A stretch of DNA of 64,000 nucleotides from Betaproteobacteria bacterium (GCA_947467435.1 CANIIA010000002.1:20882-84881), one strand, 5' to 3'; positions 1 through 9,025 are shown, counted from the first letter of the stretch. The notes: generated by a model not told the origin, from the sequence alone. Program-made: numbers and translations.

Positions 1-57
1 CGTAGCACCTCAAGATCAACACTATCCATACAAGTCACCTTCATGCCAGCGGTCGAC

Positions 58-80
58 AAAAGCGGTGCGACCACACCAGC
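58..80 (-). terminator. Candidate intrinsic terminator downstream of the sensor kinase gene
   Basis: On the minus strand, GCUGGUG-UGGUCG-CACCGC (6 bp with one bulge) is followed by UUUUG. It lies about 60 nt 3' of the kinase stop at 140. Confidence 0.3.
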
Positions 81-119
81 GGAGAATACAAACGGAGAAT
101 ACAAAGGGAGAATACAAAG
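81..119. repeat. 13-bp tandem repeat x3, GGAGAATACAAA(C/G)
   Basis: Copies read directly at 81-93, 94-106 and 107-119. They sit between the kinase stop codon and the candidate terminator. Confidence 0.9.
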
Positions 120-139
120 GGTGATTATCCCTCTTTTAG

Positions 140-1546
140 CTACACGTCGGCAGCCGAAAAGCGCACACGCACACAGCAACCGTGGCCAAGCGATGCGTCA
201 AGGATCTCGACCTGCGCGGTGTGTAAGGCGGCAATTTCCGCCACAATCGCCAAGCCCAATCCACTGCCTGTTCCCACCGTGCCCGGCAGCCGATAAAACC
301 GTTCGAGTACGCGCGCGCGCTCGGCCTCCGGTATGCCCGGCCCGTCGTCCTCGACCTCTAACACGCAATACGTGCCGATACGGGTACTGCGCACGGTGAT
401 CCGTCCACCCACCGAACAATATTCAACCGCATTCGCAATTAAATTCACCAAGAGCTCACGCAATAAAAACGCGTCCCCCAACACTGGTGCCGATTGCAGA
501 TCAAAACCCAAATCAATTTCACGCAACAGCGAGCGATGCACCCATTCATCCGCACACTCTGTGGCCACTGCACGCAAATCGACACGCTGCAAAGACATGG
601 CTTGATGACCGCCTGGTTCCGCACGTGCCAGGGCTAACAGTTGATTGGCCAAACGCGCTGTACGAATCGTGGCGCTGTGCACCTGCTCGAGCTCAGCGCG
701 CACACTGTCTGGCGCAGGCTGTGCCAACGCCAGTTCGGTATGTGCTTGTAAACCCGCTAACGGGGTTCGCAACTGATGCGCCGCATTTTCCAAAAACCGT
801 TGTTGATTTAGATTCGCCTCCGCCACGCGACCAAATAATTGATTAATGGCGCGCACCAACGGGCGCACTTCGTTGGGCGCCTCAGCCAAATCAATCGGAC
901 GTAAATCACGCGGTGAACGCGAAGAAATTTCGACGGACAAGCGCGATAGCGGGGTCAATCCTTGGCGCACACCAAACCACAATACGCCCAGCGCAAACGC
1001 GGCCAATAAAATTTGCGGCAATAAACTACCCAGCAAAATTTCGCGCGCCAACCGTACGCGCTTGACAGTGGTTTCGGCCACACGCACTTCACAGATTTGC
1101 CCATCGCAAGGCACATCCAGTTTCACAGCGCGCACCGCCTTTTGACGAAACAGAGCATCATAAAAAACCACACGCTTTGATGCAGGTGCCGCCGTGTTTT
1201 TGAGCGCTTGCGGCGGCCCAACCAACTCCGCCTCACCGCCAAGGAGTTGGCCAGCCGAATTCAAAACGGCAAAGTGCACCGTATCAAACTCATCCGTGCG
1301 TAACACTTGCTCAGCCACCACGGGTAAGTCCAGCACGGTATTTCCATTTTGTGAACGCAATCGCTGTGAAATCGCCAACGCCACATCCGCCAATGCCTGA
1401 TCGTGGGCTTCCGTGGCCACATCAATCGACACGTAATACGCCACCGCCGCCCCCAAAGACAACGCCAGCACGATCGGCGGCAACAACAGACGCAATAGGT
1501 TGCGTCGTAAACTCAGACCAAAGTTAGTCGGCACCATTGCTCCCAT
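140..1546 (-). CDS. Two-component sensor histidine kinase (QseC/TctE-like architecture)
   Basis: 468-aa ORF. Two N-terminal hydrophobic segments (LLLPPIVLALSLGAAVAYYV, LLPQILLAAFALGVLWFGV). H-box NAAHQLRTPLAGL; ATPase boxes LVNLIANAVEY, VEDDGPGIP, GSGLGLAIV. Its start overlaps the stop of the upstream response regulator; an alternative start is M4 at 1537. Confidence 0.92.
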   Translation of the reverse strand: MGAMVPTNFGLSLRRNLLRLLLPPIVLALSLGAAVAYYVSIDVATEAHDQALADVALAISQRLRSQNGNTVLDLPVVAEQVLRTDEFDTVHFAVLNSAGQLLGGEAELVGPPQALKNTAAPASKRVVFYDALFRQKAVRAVKLDVPCDGQICEVRVAETTVKRVRLAREILLGSLLPQILLAAFALGVLWFGVRQGLTPLSRLSVEISSRSPRDLRPIDLAEAPNEVRPLVRAINQLFGRVAEANLNQQRFLENAAHQLRTPLAGLQAHTELALAQPAPDSVRAELEQVHSATIRTARLANQLLALARAEPGGHQAMSLQRVDLRAVATECADEWVHRSLLREIDLGFDLQSAPVLGDAFLLRELLVNLIANAVEYCSVGGRITVRSTRIGTYCVLEVEDDGPGIPEAERARVLERFYRLPGTVGTGSGLGLAIVAEIAALHTAQVEILDASLGHGCCVRVRFSAADV

Positions 1547-2240
1547 CCTCGTTCACCGTGACAGCGTTCGGCGCCACCCACGCTTCGAACAAATAACCAA
1601 ATCCGCGCACTGTTCGAATGCGCAACCCTGCAGGCTCGAGTTTGCTGCGTAAACGCGAGACATACACTTCAATTGCATTCACCGATAAGGCTTCGTCCCA
1701 AGCGGCCATTGATTGAATGATGTGTTCCTTGCTCACCACTTGGTCCACACGCGCCAGCAAAATTTCTAATACTGCCCATTCACGCGCCACCAACTCGAGC
1801 GGCGTACCATTTAAAAAAGCACGGCGCGCCAACACATCGAGCACTAATGGGCCATGGACGCGCTGCGGCCCTGCTTGTGATTGGCTACGACGCAGTAAAG
1901 CGCGGGCACGGGCGGCAAGTTCTGGTATTGCAAAGGGCTTCACCATGTAATCGTCTGCGCCCAAATCTAAGCCACGCACCCGATCATTCACTGCATCGCG
2001 TGCGGTCAACATCATCACAGGCATGGTGCGCTGTTCAGCACGCAAGCGGCGCAGCACTTCAAACCCATCGATTCCAGGTAAGCCAATATCGAGAATGAGT
2101 AAATCGAAGTGCTCTTGCCGTACCGCTAACGCCGCGTGTTCACCATCGCGCATCACATCAACGGCATGGCCATCCGCCTGCAAAATTCGCGACAAGCCCA
2201 AGGCCAACGAATCATCATCTTCAGCGATCAAAATACGCAT
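1524..2240 (-). CDS. OmpR/PhoB-family response regulator (RR1), cognate of the adjacent kinase
   Basis: Receiver motifs ILIAEDDD, LLILDIGLPGIDG and DDYMVKPF. Winged-helix C-terminus LRIRTVRGFGYLF. Translationally coupled to the kinase gene. Confidence 0.95.
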   Translation of the reverse strand: MRILIAEDDDSLALGLSRILQADGHAVDVMRDGEHAALAVRQEHFDLLILDIGLPGIDGFEVLRRLRAEQRTMPVMMLTARDAVNDRVRGLDLGADDYMVKPFAIPELAARARALLRRSQSQAGPQRVHGPLVLDVLARRAFLNGTPLELVAREWAVLEILLARVDQVVSKEHIIQSMAAWDEALSVNAIEVYVSRLRSKLEPAGLRIRTVRGFGYLFEAWVAPNAVTVNEDGSNGAD

Positions 2241-2283
2241 GTGGGTCAGGGTGAGCTCAGGTTGTTCACCTGCGGACGTCTAA

Positions 2284-2330
2284 TTTGTACAGATTTGACG
2301 AACTTTACCGTGATTTGTGGTGCTTTGATC
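2284..2330. promoter_or_regulatory. Five TTTG/TTTA hexamers phased at exactly 10 bp in the divergent RR1 / ACP promoter region
   Basis: TTTGTA at 2284, TTTGAC at 2294, TTTACC at 2304, TTTGTG at 2314, TTTGAT at 2324. Direct repeats with about 10-bp periodicity are the usual geometry of OmpR-family binding sites. They could also produce intrinsic curvature. Confidence 0.4.
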
Positions 2331-2427
2331 CCGAAATGACCTATAACACACGCCAACTTTGCAGGCTTTAAACCAATCTCTCGGTGGTTTTCTGTAAAGT
2401 CAGGACTCAACCAACTGCGCGATTTCG

Positions 2428-2733
2428 ATGCTGTCTCAATTCGATTTCCGCACATCACTCCAGCTACCGATGACCGCACTCAACGAAGACCTGATCTTGC
2501 CACGCGTTCAATCCATGTTGCGTGAGCGTTTTGCCCTCAGCGAGGCGCAAGTCGAGGCAACGCACGCGCTCACCGAATTGGGCGTCGACTCACTTGCGGT
2601 GATTGAGTTTATGTTCGATCTCGAGACTGAGTTTGATATTTCTTTGTCTCAAGAACGCGCGGATATTCACACCATCGGTGACATCGCCGCCCTAGTGCGC
2701 GCGACACTGGATAAAACTACCACGCAAAAATGA
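2428..2733 (+). CDS. Free-standing acyl carrier protein
   Basis: Phosphopantetheine attachment motif LGVDSLAVIEF and an acidic helix-rich sequence. ATGA overlap with the next gene. The start is uncertain (alternative ATG at 2470 gives 87 aa) and there is no clear SD at either. Confidence 0.85.
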   Translation: MLSQFDFRTSLQLPMTALNEDLILPRVQSMLRERFALSEAQVEATHALTELGVDSLAVIEFMFDLETEFDISLSQERADIHTIGDIAALVRATLDKTTTQK

Positions 2734-3974
2734 GGCGTGTTGCCCTCACCGGCGCGGGTGTGATCTCGCCGGTTGGTACCGGCAAAAGTAATTTTTTTCA
2801 GCAAATCAGCGCCGGGATATCTGGTATTCGGCGACTGCAACATCCGGACGCCCAGCGCCTCGGCTTGCAGCTGGCTGGGCAAATCCAAGACTTTGATCCG
2901 AGCCAACACTTTTCTAAAGAGCGGCTCTCAACATTGGATCGCTTTAGTCAGTTTGCCCTGGTTGCTGCACACGAAGCTTGGCAACAAGCTGCCTATCCGT
3001 CGCGCTTTGATCACTCGCGCGGCGGGGTCTTTGTCGGCACCGGCATGGGTGGTGCGAGCACACTCGAAGCGGGCTATGACGCCTTGTTTCGGCAACAGCA
3101 AAACCGCGTGCGTCCAATGTCAGTCATTGCCACCATGCCTAACGCCGCTGCGGCCAACATTGGCATTGAATTTTCATTGCGCGGTCCGTGTTACACCTAC
3201 GCGGTTGCATGCGCTTCAAGCAGCGTGGCGATTGGTGAAGCTGCCCGCGCCATTGCCTACGGTGACCTGGATGTTGCGCTGGCTGGTGGTGCTGAAGCCA
3301 TGCTCTGCCTCGGTGTACTTAAAGGCTGGGAAGCGCTCATGACCCTCGCCATCGAAGACAAGCAAGCGCCCGAACAATCTTGCAAACCGTTTGCAGCGAA
3401 CCGCTGCGGATTTGTACTCGGAGAAGGGGCCGGCATGCTGGTGCTCGAAGACCTCGAACTTGCACAATCTCGCGGCGCGACGATTCTTGCTGAATTGGTC
3501 GGCTACGGCGTATCGAACGATGCGGTACATCTAAGCCGCCCAGAACCGGCTGGACAAGCTGCCGCAATGCGCGCTGCACTCAAGCAAAGTCAACTGCGCG
3601 GTATTCATCTTGAAGACATTGGCTATATCAACGCGCATGGCACAGCCACCAAAGCAGGTGATGCCAGCGAAGTCGCCGCGATCTGCGACGTGTTTGGCGC
3701 GCATCGCACCGCACTTGCCATTAGCTCGACCAAAGCAGTCCACGGACACTTGATGGGCGCTGCAGGCGCGATCGAATTCATTGCCACTGTGTTGGCGCTA
3801 CAAGCGCAGACGCTTCCACCCACGGCACACTTAACCGAACGCGATCCAGCGTTTGATTTAGATTTCGTTCCTCTGCATGCGCGCCCAGCACCTCAACTGC
3901 GCGCCGTGATGTCGAACTCGTTTGCCTTTGGCGGCGCCAACGCCGTCTTGGTTGCCGCACATCCGGACGCTTGA
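2730..3974 (+). CDS. Beta-ketoacyl-ACP synthase, KAS I/II (FabF/NodE-like)
   Basis: 414 aa. N-terminus RRVALTGAGVISPVG. Full Cys-His-His triad context: YAVACASSSVA, INAHGTATKAGD, AVHGHLMGAAG. C-terminus NSFAFGGANAVLV. Confidence 0.93.
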   Translation: MRRVALTGAGVISPVGTGKSNFFQQISAGISGIRRLQHPDAQRLGLQLAGQIQDFDPSQHFSKERLSTLDRFSQFALVAAHEAWQQAAYPSRFDHSRGGVFVGTGMGGASTLEAGYDALFRQQQNRVRPMSVIATMPNAAAANIGIEFSLRGPCYTYAVACASSSVAIGEAARAIAYGDLDVALAGGAEAMLCLGVLKGWEALMTLAIEDKQAPEQSCKPFAANRCGFVLGEGAGMLVLEDLELAQSRGATILAELVGYGVSNDAVHLSRPEPAGQAAAMRAALKQSQLRGIHLEDIGYINAHGTATKAGDASEVAAICDVFGAHRTALAISSTKAVHGHLMGAAGAIEFIATVLALQAQTLPPTAHLTERDPAFDLDFVPLHARPAPQLRAVMSNSFAFGGANAVLVAAHPDA

Positions 3975-3992
3975 CTCACCACACGCCAATTC

Positions 3993-5117
3993 ATGCACAC
4001 ATCTTCAGCACCGCGCATCACCTTACTCGTCACCGGGAGCACCGGATTTCTTGGCAGCGCAATTGTTGCCGAGCTCCTGACTGCGCATCGTGACATCGCT
4101 TTGTTATTTCTGATCCGGGCAGAAAACCCAGAAGCGGGGCGATTGCGTCTAACCCAAAGCGTACGGGGCATGCTTGCCGATCCAGCGTTACTTTCTCATC
4201 TCACGCCAGACATGATTTTGTGCGGAGATCTGCAACACTTTGCTGAGTTACAAAACGATCCACGCGTACAACGCATTACGCATATTTTGCATGCTGCAGC
4301 CTTAGCCTCGTTTGCTTGGAAACCCGAGATTTGGCAAGTCAACGTCGAACAGACCAGTCAGTTCGCACGCGCCGTGGCACAACTGCCCGCCATGCAACGG
4401 TTTTTGCATGTTGGTACCGCAATGATTTCTGGCGACACCACCAATCAGCACGTGCATGAAACTCAGTTCCCTGCCAAGGTGCGTCACTTTGTACCCTACA
4501 CCAAAAGTAAGGCAGAAATCGAACCATTGTTGCCCACCCTGCTCGGTCGCATCCCCGTAGTGATTGCACGACCTTCGATCGTGGTAGGGCATTCGCGTAC
4601 GGGTTGCAGTGCATCGCCGAGTATTTTTTGGGTGTTTCGGATGATTCACGCAGCCAAGCGCGTACCTTTTAAAACCACCAATAAAGTCGACATCATTCCA
4701 GTTGATTTTTGTGCGCGTGCATTAATTACTCTAACGCTGTCAAGCGAATTAGCGCATGCGTGTTATCACATCTCAGCGGGTGACACAGAGAGTTGTACCT
4801 TTGATGAAATTGATGCCGCTTATACACGCGCTGAAGGCCTCGGGCGCGATGCACCGTTGCAACAAATCGACGTCGCCGATCTAAGCGCACTCGAGCCACA
4901 ATTTGAATCGTGGTTCGGCCCATGTGATACCCAACGCATGTCGACGGTAGCCAAGCTGTATCGCATCTTTGCTGGACTCAACGTCACGTTTAACAATCAG
5001 CGCATGCGTGAAGCCGGCATCGCGCCTCCACCTCGCTTTGTCGACTATTTACCGGTGTGCCAACAAACCGGCGAAGATCAACCTATCGCCGAGCAAATGC
5101 TTTACGATTTTCGTTAG
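3993..5117 (+). CDS. Extended-SDR thioester reductase / fatty-acyl reductase-type protein (NAD_binding_4 'male sterility' type)
   Basis: 374 aa. Rossmann motif LLVTGSTGFLGS near the N-terminus and catalytic YTKSK (YxxxK). Size and layout match terminal reductase domains. Co-directional with ACP and KS. Confidence 0.75.
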   Translation: MHTSSAPRITLLVTGSTGFLGSAIVAELLTAHRDIALLFLIRAENPEAGRLRLTQSVRGMLADPALLSHLTPDMILCGDLQHFAELQNDPRVQRITHILHAAALASFAWKPEIWQVNVEQTSQFARAVAQLPAMQRFLHVGTAMISGDTTNQHVHETQFPAKVRHFVPYTKSKAEIEPLLPTLLGRIPVVIARPSIVVGHSRTGCSASPSIFWVFRMIHAAKRVPFKTTNKVDIIPVDFCARALITLTLSSELAHACYHISAGDTESCTFDEIDAAYTRAEGLGRDAPLQQIDVADLSALEPQFESWFGPCDTQRMSTVAKLYRIFAGLNVTFNNQRMREAGIAPPPRFVDYLPVCQQTGEDQPIAEQMLYDFR

Positions 5118-5878
5118 CGCACGACAGACGTCGGCGCTGCGGCCGCAGGGCGATACTCTTCCAACATATAACCAAAGCCACGCACCGTTCGAATACGAAT
5201 ACCTGCGGGCTCTAATTTAGCGCGTAAGCGCGAGATGTACACCTCGATCGCGTTAGCCGATAAATCTTCGGTCCAATGCGTCAGCGACTCGATAAAGGTG
5301 TCTTTGCTCACCACCTTTTCAACATGCTCCAGCAAAATTTGCAGCACCGCCCATTCACGTGCCGCCAATTCAAGCGGCTCATCATTTAAGAACGTCCGTC
5401 GCGCGACAGTATCAAACTCAAGCGGGCCGTGCACCGCGCGCGTAGAGTGATCCACCAGACCGCGCCGAATCAACGCACGTACACGTGCAGACAATTCTGG
5501 AATCGCAAACGGCTTCACCATGTAATCATCAGCGCCTAAATCTAAACCATGCACGCGATCTCCAATGGCATCGCGGGCGGTCAAGATCAATACCGGAATA
5601 CGCTGACCGATGGCGCGTAGTCGACGCAACACTTCAAACCCGTCAATGCCAGGTAAACCGACATCCAACACCATCAAATCAAACGCGGTGGCTTGCAAAC
5701 GCTCTAACGCGAGCTCGCCATTGGCGACACATGCAACTTCATGACCATCTAGCGTCAACGCACGTGTGAGTCCTGCAGTGAGGCTACTATCGTCCTCGAC
5801 AATCAATAGGCGAGCGCTGGAGGCCTCCTGCACTGCGGTTTTTGGTTGTACTTCTGCGGTTATTGGGTCTGACATCAA
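5114..5878 (-). CDS. OmpR/PhoB-family response regulator (RR2), last gene of the czcCBA-like operon, no adjacent kinase
   Basis: Receiver motifs LLIVEDD, LMVLDVGLPGIDG and DDYMVKPF. Winged helix IRIRTVRGFGYML. Starts 18 nt after the czcA-like stop. Long sequence blocks are identical to RR1. Confidence 0.93.
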   Translation of the reverse strand: MMSDPITAEVQPKTAVQEASSARLLIVEDDSSLTAGLTRALTLDGHEVACVANGELALERLQATAFDLMVLDVGLPGIDGFEVLRRLRAIGQRIPVLILTARDAIGDRVHGLDLGADDYMVKPFAIPELSARVRALIRRGLVDHSTRAVHGPLEFDTVARRTFLNDEPLELAAREWAVLQILLEHVEKVVSKDTFIESLTHWTEDLSANAIEVYISRLRAKLEPAGIRIRTVRGFGYMLEEYRPAAAAPTSVVR

Positions 5879-5896
5879 ACTATCCTTTCAATCGCT

Positions 5897-8800
5897 TCAC
5901 GCTACCGGCGGCTCATTCGGTGAACGTAAACTGATACGACCAAATAATAGTGGTAGTAACAGCAACGTAAACACCGTCGCGCTAACGATACCGCCCACAA
6001 TCACCACCGCAAATGGACGCTGCGTTTCAGAGCCAATGCCACTCGATAAGGCCGCCGGCAGCAAGCCCAATCCGGCCATCAATGCCGTCATTAAAATCGG
6101 TCGCAAACGCATCACAGCGCCTTCAACAATCGCCTCTTCCATGCGTTTGCCATGACGAATGAGCTCGATCATCTGCTCAACCATGATCACACCGTTTTGC
6201 ACCGAAATACCCGCCACGGCAATAAAGCCAACAGCGGCCGACACAGACAAATGCAACCCCGCCAATCCCAAGCCGGCAATGCCACCAATTAAAGTAAACG
6301 GCACCATCATCAAAACAACCAGCGCGCTTCTCACTGAACGAAACGCCCAAAACAACAACGAAAAAATAGCCAGCAACGATAACGGCACAACCACTTTTAA
6401 GCGCGCCATCGCACGCTGCTGATTTTCAAACTGCCCACCCCAAGTGACGGTGTAACCCGGCGGTAAGACTACTTTTTCTGCCACCAGCTTTTGCGCTTCA
6501 GCAACAAAGCTACCCTGATCACGACCGGATAAATTTGCTTTTACTGCCACAATACGACCACCGCCCTCACGCGATACGCGTGTGGCCCCTTGCCGGACCT
6601 CGACCTTCGCCACGTCACCCAACGACACAGTGGGCAACAAATTCATACCAGGCGTGGCATTGGCAGGCACAGGCAAAGGAATTTGTAAGTGTGCAATATC
6701 ATCCACCGCATCGCGATATTGGCTTAACAAACGCACCGTCACATCAAAGCGCCGACCACCGTCGTAAAACGTATTCACTGATGCGCCCGCTAGCGCGGTT
6801 TGAATGACGTTATTGACGTCACTCACGTTTAAACCCAGTCGTGCGATTTTATTTCGGTCGACGGTAATGGTGAGTTCACTTTGTCCACCGATACGAAACA
6901 CGGCTACATCCACAGCACCGCGAATGGTATTAAGCACCTCTACAATTTGATCGCCCTTTTCCTGCAAAATTTCAAGGTCAGGGCCAAATACTTTGACCAC
7001 AATTTCCCCGCGCGCACCAGACAACGCCTCTTCGACGTTGTCTTGAATGACTTGCGAAAAATTCGTCGGTACGCCCGGAATACGATGAATGCGCGCGGAC
7101 ATATCGCGTACCAAATCATCTTTGGTGGCAAAACGCCATTCTCCACGCGGCTTGAGCTCAGCCAGTATTTCTAAGTTGTTCGGGCCCTTTGGATCGGTGC
7201 CATCATCGGGTCGGCCCACTTGAGTGACCACCATATTCACTTCAGGGTAGCTGCGCAAAATAGTCCGCACTTCGCGCTCGATATCTTTGGTTTTTTGCAG
7301 GCTACTGGGCGGTGGCATGGTAATGGTCAGCCAGATATTGCCTTCATCGAGTTTGGGTAAAAATTCACTGCCTAACAAAGGCACCACCGCAACAGAGGCG
7401 GCAAGCAAACTCAAGGACACAAAAATCAACTGACGTGCATGCTGATCTAGGGCCAACAAAAAGGCGCGATAGCGTTCTTGTAACGCATGCATCCACGCCG
7501 AGTGTTTTTCAACCATATCACCTGATTTCAAGGCGTAAGTTAGAAGGGTCGGGACAAGAATCAAGGTCAGGATAATTGCGCCAAGCAAAGCAAATGACAG
7601 CGTAAAGGTGACCGGCGTAAAAATTTTTCCTTCTACCCGCTGAAAGGTAAAGATCGGCAGAAAGGCAATAATGATGATGGCCTTTGAAAACAAGATGGGG
7701 TGACACAGCGACACCGCAGTGTGCTTTAGTTCATGTAACCGCCAACCGTACGTGCCATGGGCTGGATTTTTATCGGCTTGACTAAGCGCTAAGCGCACCA
7801 TCAGCGCTTCCACCAGTACCACCGCACTATCGACAATGATGCCGAAGTCAACGGCACCTAACGAAATCAAATTGGCCGATACGCCGCGCGCATCCATCAA
7901 AATAAACGCAAACAAGAGCGACAACGGAATCACTGTGGCGACAATCAGCGCTGCTTTCCAGTTACGCAAAAACAGCATCAACACGCCGATCACCAACAAG
8001 GCGCCCACCAGTAGATTTTCAATCACGGTGTGTACCGTGTGCTCAATCAAATCGGTCCGCTGATAAATCGGCCGGATCTTCACGCCAGGTGGTAATTTGG
8101 TGTTCACCAAATCGACTTTGGCACGCAGATCCTTCACCACCTTGGCGGCGTTTTGCCCCTTGATCATTTGCACAATACCTTCGACCACTTCATCGCGATC
8201 GTTGGCTGCAACAATGCCCTGACGCGGTCGCATGCCAATGCGCACTTGTGCAAGATCAGACACGTAAACCGGGCGCCCACCTGGTGAGGCCACCACCGTG
8301 CGGCCAATGTCGTCGAGATTTTCAAATAAACCTACGCCACGAATCACCAACGCCTCATCACCGCGACGCATTAACCCACCGCCAACGTTCGCGCTGTTAT
8401 TTGCCAAGGCTTGCGAGACTTGATCCAGCGTCACACCGTAGCGCTTCAGCGCAAACGGATCGACCCGCGCTTGGTACTCCTTGACGGCACCACCAAAGCT
8501 AATCACATCCGCAATACCAGGCACGATGCGTAGTGCGGGCTTGATGGTCCAATCTTGAATCGCGCGAATTTCGTATAAAGGCATTTCTGCCGGTGCATCC
8601 AGCACGTAACGATAGATTTCACCCACCGCCGTTGAGAGTGGCGCCAGCTGCGGCTGCGCACCCGTCGGTAGCGTGACGTTGCCCAGTTTTTCTAAGACTT
8701 GCTGACGTGCGAAGTAATCGTCGGTGCCTTCTGCAAAGGTCAGCGTGACCACCGACAATCCAGTAATCGACACTGAACGTAAATTAGTCTGACGCGGTAC

Positions 8801-9025
8801 ACCGCTCATCTCGCGTTCGATGGGTAGCGTGACACTGCGCTCGACTTCTTCGGGTGCCAGCCCCGGCATTTGCGTAACGATTTGCACCTGTACATCCTGC
8901 ACATCCGGAAACGCCTCGATGGGCAAATTTTCAAGTGCTCGAAGACCAAACACCGCGAGTGCAAACGTCAACACCAGCACAAAGACGCGCTGATGCATCG
9001 CAAACGAAATCAGCCGATCAAACAT
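5897..9025 (-). CDS. czcA: Heavy-metal-efflux RND pump, CzcA/CusA family
   Basis: 1042 aa. Starts MFDRLISFAMHQRVFVLVL. 12-TM RND layout with two large periplasmic loops. TM4 segment is VDFGIIVDSAVVLVEA. Confidence 0.93.
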   Translation of the reverse strand: MFDRLISFAMHQRVFVLVLTFALAVFGLRALENLPIEAFPDVQDVQVQIVTQMPGLAPEEVERSVTLPIEREMSGVPRQTNLRSVSITGLSVVTLTFAEGTDDYFARQQVLEKLGNVTLPTGAQPQLAPLSTAVGEIYRYVLDAPAEMPLYEIRAIQDWTIKPALRIVPGIADVISFGGAVKEYQARVDPFALKRYGVTLDQVSQALANNSANVGGGLMRRGDEALVIRGVGLFENLDDIGRTVVASPGGRPVYVSDLAQVRIGMRPRQGIVAANDRDEVVEGIVQMIKGQNAAKVVKDLRAKVDLVNTKLPPGVKIRPIYQRTDLIEHTVHTVIENLLVGALLVIGVLMLFLRNWKAALIVATVIPLSLLFAFILMDARGVSANLISLGAVDFGIIVDSAVVLVEALMVRLALSQADKNPAHGTYGWRLHELKHTAVSLCHPILFSKAIIIIAFLPIFTFQRVEGKIFTPVTFTLSFALLGAIILTLILVPTLLTYALKSGDMVEKHSAWMHALQERYRAFLLALDQHARQLIFVSLSLLAASVAVVPLLGSEFLPKLDEGNIWLTITMPPPSSLQKTKDIEREVRTILRSYPEVNMVVTQVGRPDDGTDPKGPNNLEILAELKPRGEWRFATKDDLVRDMSARIHRIPGVPTNFSQVIQDNVEEALSGARGEIVVKVFGPDLEILQEKGDQIVEVLNTIRGAVDVAVFRIGGQSELTITVDRNKIARLGLNVSDVNNVIQTALAGASVNTFYDGGRRFDVTVRLLSQYRDAVDDIAHLQIPLPVPANATPGMNLLPTVSLGDVAKVEVRQGATRVSREGGGRIVAVKANLSGRDQGSFVAEAQKLVAEKVVLPPGYTVTWGGQFENQQRAMARLKVVVPLSLLAIFSLLFWAFRSVRSALVVLMMVPFTLIGGIAGLGLAGLHLSVSAAVGFIAVAGISVQNGVIMVEQMIELIRHGKRMEEAIVEGAVMRLRPILMTALMAGLGLLPAALSSGIGSETQRPFAVVIVGGIVSATVFTLLLLPLLFGRISLRSPNEPPVA

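Noticed and set aside
43-399. 118-aa plus-strand ORF and several other ORFs overlapping the sensor kinase gene (198-419, 333-605, 487-846, 846-1145)
   Set aside because: They lie antisense or out of frame within a well-supported kinase gene. They are Arg/Pro/Ala/Ser-rich with no recognisable motifs, which is typical of shadow ORFs in GC-rich coding DNA.
2246-2479. 77-aa minus-strand ORF spanning the RR1 / ACP divergent promoter region
   Set aside because: It overlaps the start of the ACP gene antisense and covers the phased-repeat promoter region. It has no SD or recognisable domain.
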